Shown here in pieces: positions 48,669 to 57,076 of a DNA stretch of 64,000 bases. A program made the position numbers and the translations under genes. Position 1 is the stretch's first letter; the number at the start of each line of letters is the position of its first letter. Under the pieces are notes generated by a model, which was not told the origin of the DNA, did no database searches, and worked only from the letters and a program-made list of their open reading frames with translations. The stretch comes from a virus (lineage: Duplodnaviria > Caudoviricetes): IMG/VR virus record IMGVR_UViG_3300031993_000055, positions 8,637 to 72,636 of that record, one strand, 5' to 3'.

Positions 48669-49829
48669 ATGCCAACAAAGAAGTCAACAACAGTGAAGAA
48701 GTCAACAAAGTCTGCAACCTCTAAGAAGACTATCGCTTCTAAGAAGACCGCTGCCAAGCAGCCAGTTACCAACACCAGTGCCCAGACCCGTGTGGTATGC
48801 CCCGAGTGCGGTGCCGAGTTCGATATCCTCGCACAGCACGAGCATACCGTCCAGAACGCCACCGTCATCGGTGCCGACTCCGGCATGGGTACTATCTACC
48901 TGCCGGTCAGCAAGCGAGGCGATGCCCTCAAGGCTGCGGGTATCGACATCTCGAAGTACTTCTCTATACAGCTGCCCAACGGCGGTAGCCAGTGGATGCG
49001 TATGGGAGGGGATGGTGTGCCTGTGGCCGTAGCCGCCGACGACCCCGTCCTGAAGGCTATCGCCAGTCAGGGTACCGTCCCCAACCGCAGCCTGTTCCGC
49101 CGCTGGATCATGTCGCAGATGTTCCATGCCCTGCAGAGCAGTGAGGGTATCACGGGCTGGATGGCTGTCCGCGGCTACGACTACCAGTGGAGGATGTTCA
49201 TCGAGGAGCTGCGTGTGCAGGCCAAGCTCTATGGCCGCGACATGGAGAACTTCCGTGCCCGTAACCGCTGGTTCAACAAGCAGGTGGCCGTTGCCATGGC
49301 CGGGCACTTCGTCGAAGAGGTCATGAAGGCCTGCAAAGACCGTCCGCAGCACAAGTGCAAGGGTACGCCCTATATCAAGTTCGACTACAAGGATGTGTTC
49401 GTGGACGACATCCGCAAGAAGATTATCGAGCCTATCTCGAGTCGTATCCACGCCATCCGTTATGCCGACAGCCCTCAGAAGCTCTACGAGGCCGTGAAGA
49501 AGTTCTGGTACGAGGGCCGCTGCAAGGGTAGTAACGCCTACGACCAGTGCCCCGAGTGGAAGGACGCCTTCAAGGGTGCGGGTGCCTACTTCACCATGCA
49601 GAACCTGCTGCGCTTCCATGGTGCCCTCTATCCTCTGGCAGCCGACTTCGGTCGTGAGCGCTGCAGCGACCTGGAGAAGCTCGAGAAGCTCGCCGGGCAC
49701 TACAAGGACGGTGAGGGCTTCCGTCTGATTGGTGTCATGAAGCTGATGCTCAGAGAGTGCGGCATCGACATCGACAAGAAGATGCAGGAGTGGTCTAAGG
49801 CCAAGGCTGCCAAGCAGGCTTCCAAGTAG
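48669..49829 (+). CDS. Hypothetical protein between RNA units 2 and 3 (386 aa)
   Basis: K/T-rich N-terminus, CPECG Zn-knuckle half, helical C-terminal domain; CAACTATG start. Confidence 0.8.
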   Translation: MPTKKSTTVKKSTKSATSKKTIASKKTAAKQPVTNTSAQTRVVCPECGAEFDILAQHEHTVQNATVIGADSGMGTIYLPVSKRGDALKAAGIDISKYFSIQLPNGGSQWMRMGGDGVPVAVAADDPVLKAIASQGTVPNRSLFRRWIMSQMFHALQSSEGITGWMAVRGYDYQWRMFIEELRVQAKLYGRDMENFRARNRWFNKQVAVAMAGHFVEEVMKACKDRPQHKCKGTPYIKFDYKDVFVDDIRKKIIEPISSRIHAIRYADSPQKLYEAVKKFWYEGRCKGSNAYDQCPEWKDAFKGAGAYFTMQNLLRFHGALYPLAADFGRERCSDLEKLEKLAGHYKDGEGFRLIGVMKLMLRECGIDIDKKMQEWSKAKAAKQASK

Positions 49830-49836
49830 CCTCTCT

Positions 49837-49996
49837 ATGGTGGCGCATACCACCATGGCTTCCCGTAGGGCGGCACGTGTTCATAGAGATCCGACTGAAC
49901 AGAGATGGTACCTTCAGCCATGCGTGAAGGTACCATCTCTTACGTCGGATCTCTTTCAATCGTAAGACTATAGCACTATGCCATGGCCGCAAGGCG
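49837..49996 (+). ncRNA. RT-associated structured RNA unit 3
   Basis: ATGGTGG-CGCATA-CCACCAT; TAGGGCGGCA; TGTTCA; hairpin 49885-49954 with perfect 16-bp inner stem; TATGC-C (49977-49981); GCC-GCAA-GGC. Confidence 0.85.
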
Positions 49997-50008
49997 GGAG
50001 GAGTTCAT

Positions 50009-50182
50009 CAGGTCGTACAACCTGTCATGCTGCAAGGCCGGCTTCGATTTAATTATACAGTAACTTGACAAGGCTACTGATCGCGTGACAAGTCTAATCA
50101 GACTCGTAACGCGATCTTTACCCTCGCAGGTTGGACTGTACATATCATCATCCTAAAGCGTTGTACCACAAGTCGGCAGGGC
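50009..50182 (+). ncRNA. RT-associated structured RNA unit 4
   Basis: CAGGT-CGTACA-ACCTG; AAGGCCGGCT; hairpin 50056-50140; CATCA; TGTAC-C (50162-50166). Confidence 0.78.
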
Positions 50183-50190
50183 AGCTTATC

Positions 50191-50347
50191 GGGGCAGCAC
50201 AGCCCTATACCAATAGCAAGGCATCAACAGTTCAGAAAGCAGGTGTAAAACTCCTGGATTCCTACTGGGTAATACCCAGTATACAGCCAGGACCACACCT
50301 GCTCCTTCATCAGCATCCTATAGACGATGTGCCAGGCGATGCAGAGC
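50191..50347 (+). ncRNA. RT-associated structured RNA unit 5
   Basis: GGGC-AGCACA-GCCC; TAGCAAGGCA; GTTCA; hairpin 50238-50303; CATCA; CTATA..TGTGC-C (50328-50332). Confidence 0.78.
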
Positions 50348-50358
50348 TTATCCTTTTT

Positions 50359-50532
50359 AGTGGCGCATACCACTTTTTGTAACCTATAGAGCAGCAAACT
50401 TTTCAGAGCCGGCGTGCTTAAAGCTGGTGAAGAAGTCATCCTCAGGACTAATCATCCTGACTATGACTTCTTTACCAGCTTCACACGCCGCTTCATCAGC
50501 CGTGTAAAGACGATATGCCATGACTGCGAGGT
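50359..50532 (+). ncRNA. RT-associated structured RNA unit 6
   Basis: AGTGG-CGCATA-CCACT; TAGAGCAGCA; TTTCA; hairpin 50406-50491 with 19-bp stem; CATCA; TATGC-C (50513-50517); ACT-GCGA-GGT. Confidence 0.82.
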
Positions 50533-50538
50533 AGGTTC

Positions 50539-50716
50539 TTAGGGAGTGTGAACTATCATTTGAGACTCCAAGCCGTACGTATTTCAGAACATCCTGCACA
50601 ATTACCTGTAGCTTGGTCAAGATGCCCGTGTGCTATCCACACGGGCATCTGAACCGCTACAGGAGAGCAGGATGTGTACATCATCCCTATACAGCTACAC
50701 ACCATGGTACGGAGAG
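50539..50716 (+). ncRNA. RT-associated structured RNA unit 7 (most divergent 5' end)
   Basis: Weak 5' stem around AGTGTG; TATTTCA; hairpin 50588-50674 with perfect 13-bp inner stem; CATCA; CTATA..CACAC-C (50697-50701). Confidence 0.72.
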
Positions 50717-50719
50717 GAG

Positions 50720-50894
50720 TGGTGGCGCATACCACCGACGATGACTGTAGGACGCTATGTGTTCACTACACGAGCTATCAATAAGCGTTAGCTCAGTAGG
50801 GCGGCCATCAATAAGATGGCGGCCTTACGAGCTTACGCTTCTAAGCTCGTGTGACATCACACGTATAAAGGACTATGCCATGAAGCGTCAGGCA
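50720..50894 (+). ncRNA. RT-associated structured RNA unit 8
   Basis: GGTGG-CGCATA-CCACC; TAGGACGCTA; TGTGTTCA; hairpin 50767-50851; CATCA; TATGC-C (50873-50877). Confidence 0.82.
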
Positions 50895-50994
50895 GTCGTG
50901 ATGTGTTAGCCCGCAGCGGCTTCGACCTGTGTCTTTGATGACACTGCGGGTACTATGATGTATCATAATTGTGATGATTTTTAGAGTTTTTTTG

Positions 50995-51030
50995 GGGCGG
51001 TCTGTCGTGAGACACGCTGCCCTTTGTTTT
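50995..51030 (+). terminator. Intrinsic terminator after the six-unit cluster
   Basis: GGGCGG-TC-TGTC-GTGA-GACA-CG-CTGCCC followed by TTTGTTTTT. Confidence 0.65.
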
Positions 51031-51059
51031 TGAACGGTTTTTCATTATTATAACGGCTT

Positions 51060-51239
51060 ATGAAACAGAAAGATATTCATCAAGCTATCCAGGACGGCAA
51101 GGTGGTCGTGCTCAAGGGCGACCCCAAGTGCCGGCTATGCAGCGACCTCTTCGGTAACCTTATCGTGGTGTCGCTCAGACCCGACGAGCCCACAAGGCTC
51201 GCTACTCTCAAAGACAAGCGTAACGCTGTCATCAGATAA
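51060..51239 (+). CDS. Small hypothetical protein (59 aa)
   Basis: MKQKDIHQAIQDGKVVVLKGDPKCRLCSDLFG..., translated by hand. Confidence 0.5.
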   Translation: MKQKDIHQAIQDGKVVVLKGDPKCRLCSDLFGNLIVVSLRPDEPTRLATLKDKRNAVIR

Positions 51240-51270
51240 AGAAAAGTATAATCCCAAAAATTCAAAGACT

Positions 51271-52623
51271 ATGACAAATGTATTGGAATTTACAGGCAAG
51301 AGCCTTCTGGATGTGTTCTATAAGGCTGGCGAAGACCTGGCAGCAAAGCTGCGTACCGACAAAGGCGAGACGCGCACGTCGTTTACCGCCAAGGAGCTGG
51401 CTATACCCGTATATAAGGGCGGGCCGGCACTGATATATCCGGAGGCCAAGACCGACGGCGAGACACCCAGTAACATACTCTATTTCGTGAACACCGACAA
51501 TAGCCGCTATCAGATGGCACAGGAAGACCTGTTCGAGATGATGGCGCACATGGAGAGCTGCGAGCGACTGAAAGAGGCCAAGCGCCGCCGATTCACTATC
51601 AGGAACATAGAGAAGGAGCAGAGAGATGTGGTGGCTCGTGCCACATTCGATGCAGACAAGATGCTGCCTAAGCTGAAGAAATGCTGGGATGCTACCGACT
51701 CGCTGCGCCCCTGTTTGCAGCAGCCTGCGCTGGAGCTGAAGACGGGGGTCATCGTATGCAGCAACGGCCATATCCTTGCAGTCCACAAGGCCAGGAACTA
51801 TCACATAGAGATGAGTGGAGAGCCCATGGAGGATACGGTGTTCCTGCCCAGAGAGGTAACCCAGATGAAGGGTGCTATCACTATCGAGGTGGAGAACAAG
51901 AAGTTTGAGTACACCGTACATCAGAGCAACGGCAAGGATGTTACCACTACTACCGACGGACTGCTCGTAACGGCTACCGATGCCAACGGCAAGCAGGCCG
52001 ATGTGCGACAGGAATACCGCTATCCCAACTGGCGCAGCACAACACCGCAGCGTGTAGGTAAGGCCATAGAGATAGATGCGAAGCTGTGGGGCGACACGGC
52101 TAAGAGGATTGCGCCACAGGTTAATCAGGCAAGCTTCCTGATGTGGCTCGATGCCGAAAAGGGTAGCGAGGTTATTGCCTTCAAGGGAGAGAACTACGAC
52201 TTCTCGAAGGATATCAATATCAGCGTACCTCTGTCGGCAAAACTGCCGTTCAGTGTGCTGGTAGGTATGAAGACACCTGCGCTTGTAGACACGATGGCTT
52301 TCGAGCCCAAGGTGATGCACTATACCGACTCTAAGCACGCCGTGATGTTCGTGGCCGACGATACCTATGTGATACTGATGCCTATGCTGCTGCCAGACGG
52401 GTCTGGTAATGGCAGCGGTCCGCAGGACCAGAAGGACTTCATCACGTTCAGCGTGGATAAATGGATAGGGCAGGAGGCAGCGCCTATAGAGAAACCGAAG
52501 CCAGCCGCCAAGGCCAAGGCAGCAACCAAGACAAAGACCGTGGCCCAGGCTGCCAAGACAGAGCCTACTCTTGAGGAAAGACTACGTGAGGCACTGGAGA
52601 AGCAGCTGTTAGTAGCGGCGTAG
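51271..52623 (+). CDS. Protein with a DNA polymerase III beta-clamp-like domain (450 aa)
   Basis: DSLRPCLQQPALE...VIVCSNGHILAV...VFLPREV...YRYPNWRSTTP resembles clamp motifs (RPxLxG, VATDGHRL, GxYPNY). Confidence 0.6.
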   Translation: MTNVLEFTGKSLLDVFYKAGEDLAAKLRTDKGETRTSFTAKELAIPVYKGGPALIYPEAKTDGETPSNILYFVNTDNSRYQMAQEDLFEMMAHMESCERLKEAKRRRFTIRNIEKEQRDVVARATFDADKMLPKLKKCWDATDSLRPCLQQPALELKTGVIVCSNGHILAVHKARNYHIEMSGEPMEDTVFLPREVTQMKGAITIEVENKKFEYTVHQSNGKDVTTTTDGLLVTATDANGKQADVRQEYRYPNWRSTTPQRVGKAIEIDAKLWGDTAKRIAPQVNQASFLMWLDAEKGSEVIAFKGENYDFSKDINISVPLSAKLPFSVLVGMKTPALVDTMAFEPKVMHYTDSKHAVMFVADDTYVILMPMLLPDGSGNGSGPQDQKDFITFSVDKWIGQEAAPIEKPKPAAKAKAATKTKTVAQAAKTEPTLEERLREALEKQLLVAA

Positions 52624-52656
52624 GCTTGTTATATGGATCAAATAAACATGACGACT

Positions 52657-53106
52657 ATGAAAAAGTACAATGTAAGTATGACTATGACGGTCGAGTTTAC
52701 CGTCTGTGTGGAAGCCGAGAACGAGAGCCAGGCTGAGACAATCGCTATGGATAAGGCGGTTGCCGAGGAAGCCTACTATCTGAAGCACTATAACTCTGTA
52801 TGGGAGCGTGAGGTGCAAGATGTCCAGGAGTCCGAGGATGACGAACCCGAGGATGACAAGTCCGAGGAGAAGAGCCATATAGACAAGGCTATCGACTATG
52901 TCCGCGAGAACATGAGCCTGGATGATTTAGCTATCCTCAGGGCGAATATAGACAAGAGCTATGCGATGCACCTTGTACCGGATGAGTATACACCTGGCTG
53001 CGACCGCGTAGTAGACCTGCTGGAGGAATACGGACTGGAGCACCTTCTTGAAGACCGCTGGTGGGAAGACGAACGTGATATCGACCAGATTCTGATTGAG
53101 ATTTAA
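52657..53106 (+). CDS. Acidic hypothetical protein, DpnD/PcfM-like N-terminus
   Basis: KKYNVSMTMTVEFTVCVEAENESQAETIA; ACGACTATG start. Confidence 0.6.
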   Translation: MKKYNVSMTMTVEFTVCVEAENESQAETIAMDKAVAEEAYYLKHYNSVWEREVQDVQESEDDEPEDDKSEEKSHIDKAIDYVRENMSLDDLAILRANIDKSYAMHLVPDEYTPGCDRVVDLLEEYGLEHLLEDRWWEDERDIDQILIEI

Positions 53107-53116
53107 AACTATCATC

Positions 53117-53285
53117 GGCAGCGCATACTGCCAGGTTTTCTCTTCAGGGCGGCAAGATTTAGCACGACGGCCTTAATAGCTGGTCGCCCCGGCGCTCAGA
53201 GTCATATTTGACTCTTCCCGCCGGGTTAATCAGCTACATCCGTCGCATCATCGAAGTTCTGCAGCACTATGCCCCGCCGCAAGGA
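53117..53285 (+). ncRNA. RT-associated structured RNA unit 9
   Basis: GGCAG-CGCATA-CTGCC; CAGGGCGGCAA; hairpin 53165-53245; CATCA; TATGC-C (53268-53272); CC-GCAA-GG. Confidence 0.82.
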
Positions 53286-53318
53286 AGAGATGGAATTTAG
53301 AATTAAGATTTGAGGTTT

Positions 53319-53522
53319 ATGAATGAGAAAGAGTTTTTGCAGAACTTATGGGATGTATTGCATGGAAATACTACCTATATCACTCTCGAGCAGTTTCGTG
53401 AGAAGTACGATCCTCTGTTCGTGCAGGTTGATTACGATACCAAGAGTATCCGTCTGATGGATGACCATAACGAGTGGCACTTGACACTGCAGAAGGTTTG
53501 GTGCGACGAGACAATGGCCTGA
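53319..53522 (+). CDS. Small hypothetical protein between units 9 and 10 (67 aa)
   Basis: MNEKEFLQNLWDVLHGN...; fills the gap between the two RNA units. Confidence 0.6.
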   Translation: MNEKEFLQNLWDVLHGNTTYITLEQFREKYDPLFVQVDYDTKSIRLMDDHNEWHLTLQKVWCDETMA

Positions 53523-53529
53523 TGATATC

Positions 53530-53707
53530 AGCAGCGCATACTGCTATAGTCTGCTTGAGTGCGGCATGTGTTCAGATGCCGGTTAATTAAACCTCCGCGG
53601 ACCATCCGGATTATCCAGGTTAATCACCTGGATAATCCCGAGGTCCGACTTCGGATTAGACCGGCATTTCCATCAATGCTGTATAGCTATATGCCCCGCC
53701 GCAAGAA
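53530..53707 (+). ncRNA. RT-associated structured RNA unit 10
   Basis: AGCAG-CGCATA-CTGCT; GAGTGCGGCA; TGTGTTCA; hairpin 53575-53668 with perfect 12-bp inner stem; CATCA; TATGC-C (53690-53694); CCGCAAG. Confidence 0.82.
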
Positions 53708-53734
53708 GCAGACATATTTATTAACAATCCTAAA

Positions 53735-54124
53735 ATGAATACGATTATGGCAAAGATTATTGCACCGATTGACAACAAGAACCTGATGGAAGACGGGTTC
53801 GAGGATGATGTGTTCGAGGATTTCTATTGGGGTCCTGACCACAGGATGGGCTCGAAGCGCCGCCACATGATAGGTTGCGTGAAGACCGAGAACTATGATG
53901 CTATAGTAGCGGTGAACTGGTGCTTCGCCAGCCACACTATAGACATCCAGGTTATAGGTATACAGCCTACGGAGAACATCGACGACGTTCGTAACGAGGT
54001 GTTCGACCACTACGAGCAGGTGTTCAAGGCATGGCAGTGTGAGGACAACGAGGGGCTGGTGGTTGAGACCAAGCGTGTGCTCGGCATCCTGACCGTAAGT
54101 TTCTATTTTGAGTGTGAGGACTAA
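53735..54124 (+). CDS. Hypothetical protein (129 aa)
   Basis: Co-oriented ORF. Confidence 0.65.
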   Translation: MNTIMAKIIAPIDNKNLMEDGFEDDVFEDFYWGPDHRMGSKRRHMIGCVKTENYDAIVAVNWCFASHTIDIQVIGIQPTENIDDVRNEVFDHYEQVFKAWQCEDNEGLVVETKRVLGILTVSFYFECED

Positions 54125-54137
54125 AACATAAAGCATT

Positions 54138-54590
54138 ATGGCAAAGATGATTAGACATGACTTCAGCGGCATCCATGATGCGCTGAACAAGATGGTTATA
54201 GCAGAGGTGAAGGCAGCGCTGGAGAAGCTTCCTGAGAAGTGGATTGAAAGCCACAGCCTGTGCAGGATTGTTGTGAGCGATATCGACAACTACGAGCCTA
54301 AGGACTTGTCGGTTGACAGCGCATGGATCGGCGACGACGGCAAACTCTATTTCGACGGGCACTATATGCCAGTACCCGATAACGAATACGAAGAGCCTGA
54401 GACCTACGAGGGCAGCGAGGAGGACACTGATATGCTTGACATCACCGACTTTGGCTATCTGATTGAGCAGATTGCGAATACGGTAGAGGGCGACGCGACC
54501 TACAATCTGCCTAACGCAAGCGTGTTGACCTGCGGCTATGTGGCAGAACTCTCGCTGAAACAAGCTATCGAAAAGACAGTAACTGTTTAA
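54138..54590 (+). CDS. Hypothetical acidic protein (150 aa)
   Basis: Co-oriented ORF. Confidence 0.65.
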   Translation: MAKMIRHDFSGIHDALNKMVIAEVKAALEKLPEKWIESHSLCRIVVSDIDNYEPKDLSVDSAWIGDDGKLYFDGHYMPVPDNEYEEPETYEGSEEDTDMLDITDFGYLIEQIANTVEGDATYNLPNASVLTCGYVAELSLKQAIEKTVTV

Positions 54591-54603
54591 ATCATCAACG
54601 ACT

Positions 54604-55053
54604 ATGAAGAAAGAGACATGGAACGCCGCTGGCACGAAGATGATTATCGACAGCGGCTGGAAGGAGTTTGACCGCCAGACGAACCTGTTCGCCACTGGCA
54701 ACGTGTATGCCAACACGCAGTACAGCAGCTTCATCAGACCTTGGAAACAGACTGAGTGCAACGGCTTCACGAACCCTGAGGGGCATCTGATGGACTTCGA
54801 CCTGAAGGCCTATGACAGATGGCACATGCCGCAGGATATCGAGGACTATCTGAAGGATAAGGAGCGTGAGGACAGCGTGATTCTCTATATGTTCTTCATC
54901 GTGAACAAGGAGAACCATGTTGAGCCGTTCTGCTGGGCTATTACCGATAAGGACTATCATCTGGTCATGCACTGCATCCAGAGAGGTTATAAGCAGAGCT
55001 ATCAGCGTCGCCTCCGTGCGGCAGCAGAGGCTCTTAGTTACGTTACACAATAA
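54604..55053 (+). CDS. Hypothetical protein (149 aa)
   Basis: ACGACTATG start. Confidence 0.65.
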   Translation: MKKETWNAAGTKMIIDSGWKEFDRQTNLFATGNVYANTQYSSFIRPWKQTECNGFTNPEGHLMDFDLKAYDRWHMPQDIEDYLKDKEREDSVILYMFFIVNKENHVEPFCWAITDKDYHLVMHCIQRGYKQSYQRRLRAAAEALSYVTQ

Positions 55054-55268
55054 ATGTTGCGACTATGACTGCAAAAGAATTTTTCAGTAGTCTTATAGGA
55101 CTGACTATCGAGGAAGCCTGCAAGAGGCTTGGATGTTGGTGGGTGCTTGATTCTTCCCGCTCTGCCTTCCATGCTTCTGCAGGACGCGAAAGCAAGAACG
55201 GGAAGTATACCGTGTATTTCGACTTGTCAAAGTGGCGGTAAGATGTTTAATCCAAAAATACTACAGTT

Positions 55269-55505
55269 ATGAGACAGACAAAGACATTGGCACAGGTTGC
55301 CACAGAAGCAGAGGAGCACATGGATGTGGATGTAAATGTCGGCGGCTTCGACTCGTTCGCCAGCTTCATGTCCTATTACAATCAGCACTACAAGCCGGTG
55401 CTCCAGAAGGTGTCCGAGGGCTATACGCCTATCGGTGATGATGCAAGACTGCTGCGCTTCTTCCTGAGTGAGATGCTCGAGGCGTTTGCTGAAAGTGAAG
55501 GATGA
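55269..55505 (+). CDS. Hypothetical protein (78 aa)
   Basis: Co-oriented ORF. Confidence 0.55.
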   Translation: MRQTKTLAQVATEAEEHMDVDVNVGGFDSFASFMSYYNQHYKPVLQKVSEGYTPIGDDARLLRFFLSEMLEAFAESEG

Positions 55506-55538
55506 ATAAACGTTGTATTTGATATAGACTAACAGGTT

Positions 55539-55709
55539 ATGACAGACAAGAAGAAAGCTTCACAGGTTCTGCAGTACATGGAGGACGAGCTGGATGGTCA
55601 TACTATCATCCAACTTCTGAATCCATTTCTAAAGGACGAGGACCTGGCCGGTATATACGACGGCCTGGTTAATGACGGCGTGATATCCAAGGACGGGTAT
55701 TGCATGTAA
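55539..55709 (+). CDS. Small hypothetical protein (56 aa)
   Basis: MTDKKKASQVLQYMEDELDG..., translated by hand. Confidence 0.5.
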   Translation: MTDKKKASQVLQYMEDELDGHTIIQLLNPFLKDEDLAGIYDGLVNDGVISKDGYCM

Positions 55710-55738
55710 GGACTGACAAACAAAAATCGGGAATAATC

Positions 55739-56113
55739 ATGATTGTTACAGCAAACTATGTGCTGGTTGCCACAGTCGGGAACCAGCAGTTTCTCTTCAG
55801 CTACGAGGAGATAAACGTATTGGACACTCTCGATGCCTTTTGGCACGAGGACTGGCCTGAGACTATCTCGGGCGGTCAGGACAGCGGTGAGTTTCCTATT
55901 GATGTATATGCGATGGAGAACGGCAAGGCGATACGTAAGTATGAGTTTACGTTCAACAGCTGTATCTTTAACCACTTCTTCGACAAGGGCTGGAGCGCAG
56001 ATAGCAAGGAGCCAGGTCAGCGCTATACGCTCGACAGGTTCGCTAAGGATATCGAGCGAAGAACGGATGATGATGGTCATCCTGATGCGGCCTCCAAGAC
56101 TAAGGTGTGTTAA
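55739..56113 (+). CDS. Hypothetical protein
   Basis: Co-oriented ORF, start refined. Confidence 0.6.
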   Translation: MIVTANYVLVATVGNQQFLFSYEEINVLDTLDAFWHEDWPETISGGQDSGEFPIDVYAMENGKAIRKYEFTFNSCIFNHFFDKGWSADSKEPGQRYTLDRFAKDIERRTDDDGHPDAASKTKVC

Positions 56114-56397
56114 ATCTCAAGAAAAACTTGTTTGGTATCGAATTATTCACTACCTTTGCAGGCGAAAGTTACGATAAGATTATGAAACCAGAGTATTTTC
56201 TTATTGCAATTCTTGCAGCTGTCATGGTTGGTATAGTGTATAACTTAATAGCTTACCATCGTGACAAGGCAGAAGCATCAAGATGATGCTGCTGCAACCC
56301 TCTCTTTAGAATTTTATTATCACACAACGGATACCCTCTGCTAAACAAACGGCAGGGGGTGTCTGGTCTTTGTATTAACTTAAAAACAATTACGATT

Positions 56398-57054
56398 ATG
56401 GTAACAAAGAAACAACTGGTTATCGAGCGCATCACTCAGATGATGGCTGATATCCATCGTGCCTATATTAACGAGGAGATGTTCAAGCAGCCCCTCTGGG
56501 TGCATCAGAGTATGAGCGGTAACCACTGCATCAGTATCGACCTGTATCACTTCGGTGGCGACGGGCATCCTGTATGCGATGGACTCAAGCCCTGTCCCGT
56601 CGCTATGGCCGACGGCAAGTCCGAGGCAGGTGACGTGTTCTGTATGTCCTACGACACCAACAGGACTCCAAGACTGGTATTCCTTTACGAGCCTATCGCC
56701 AGGGATGCTGCGTTGGTCGAGACCGATGCGGATACCCTTCCTGAGGTAGCCCTGCAGAATGTGGCCGCCTGGCTCAAGGGTCAGATGCTTGAGTGCAGCC
56801 CCTTCCGTGAGAATAAGCAGAATGACGCTACCTCGCTGTTCTTCTACATGTGGAACCGCTGGTGCGAGGAAGAGTGCAGGATCGTCTTCCATGACGACGA
56901 CTACAACCACTTCTGGAAAAAGTGGTGTGGTATCTATGATGAGTACGGACGCTTCGGCAAGGTGGAGCATTTCTATGCCGAGCTCTCCAATCATAACCGT
57001 GATAAGCTTCTGGCCCGTGCCAAGAAGCTCTTCGACGGCAACAGTGAAAAGTAA
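56398..57054 (+). CDS. Hypothetical protein
   Basis: ACGATTATG start. Confidence 0.65.
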   Translation: MVTKKQLVIERITQMMADIHRAYINEEMFKQPLWVHQSMSGNHCISIDLYHFGGDGHPVCDGLKPCPVAMADGKSEAGDVFCMSYDTNRTPRLVFLYEPIARDAALVETDADTLPEVALQNVAAWLKGQMLECSPFRENKQNDATSLFFYMWNRWCEEECRIVFHDDDYNHFWKKWCGIYDEYGRFGKVEHFYAELSNHNRDKLLARAKKLFDGNSEK

Positions 57055-57076
57055 AACCCATTTAATTTCTACAACT

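Noticed and set aside
49795-50620. ORFs 49795-49992, 50131-50382, 50224-50439 and 50384-50620
   Set aside because: Short, with atypical composition and no start context; they overlap structured units whose conservation is at the pairing level.
50905-50951. Possible eleventh RNA unit (CCCGCAG...CTGCGGG hairpin)
   Set aside because: It lacks the 5' loop hairpin, the purine box and the complementary 3' 5-mer; at most a remnant or processing hairpin.
48236-53707. CRISPR array
   Set aside because: The units are 160-190 nt with only short degenerate conserved boxes, not identical 25-45 nt repeats, and no cas genes are present.
46589-53707. Diversity-generating retroelement
   Set aside because: No TR/VR pair differing only at adenines was found, and there is no Avd-like gene or recognisable target gene.
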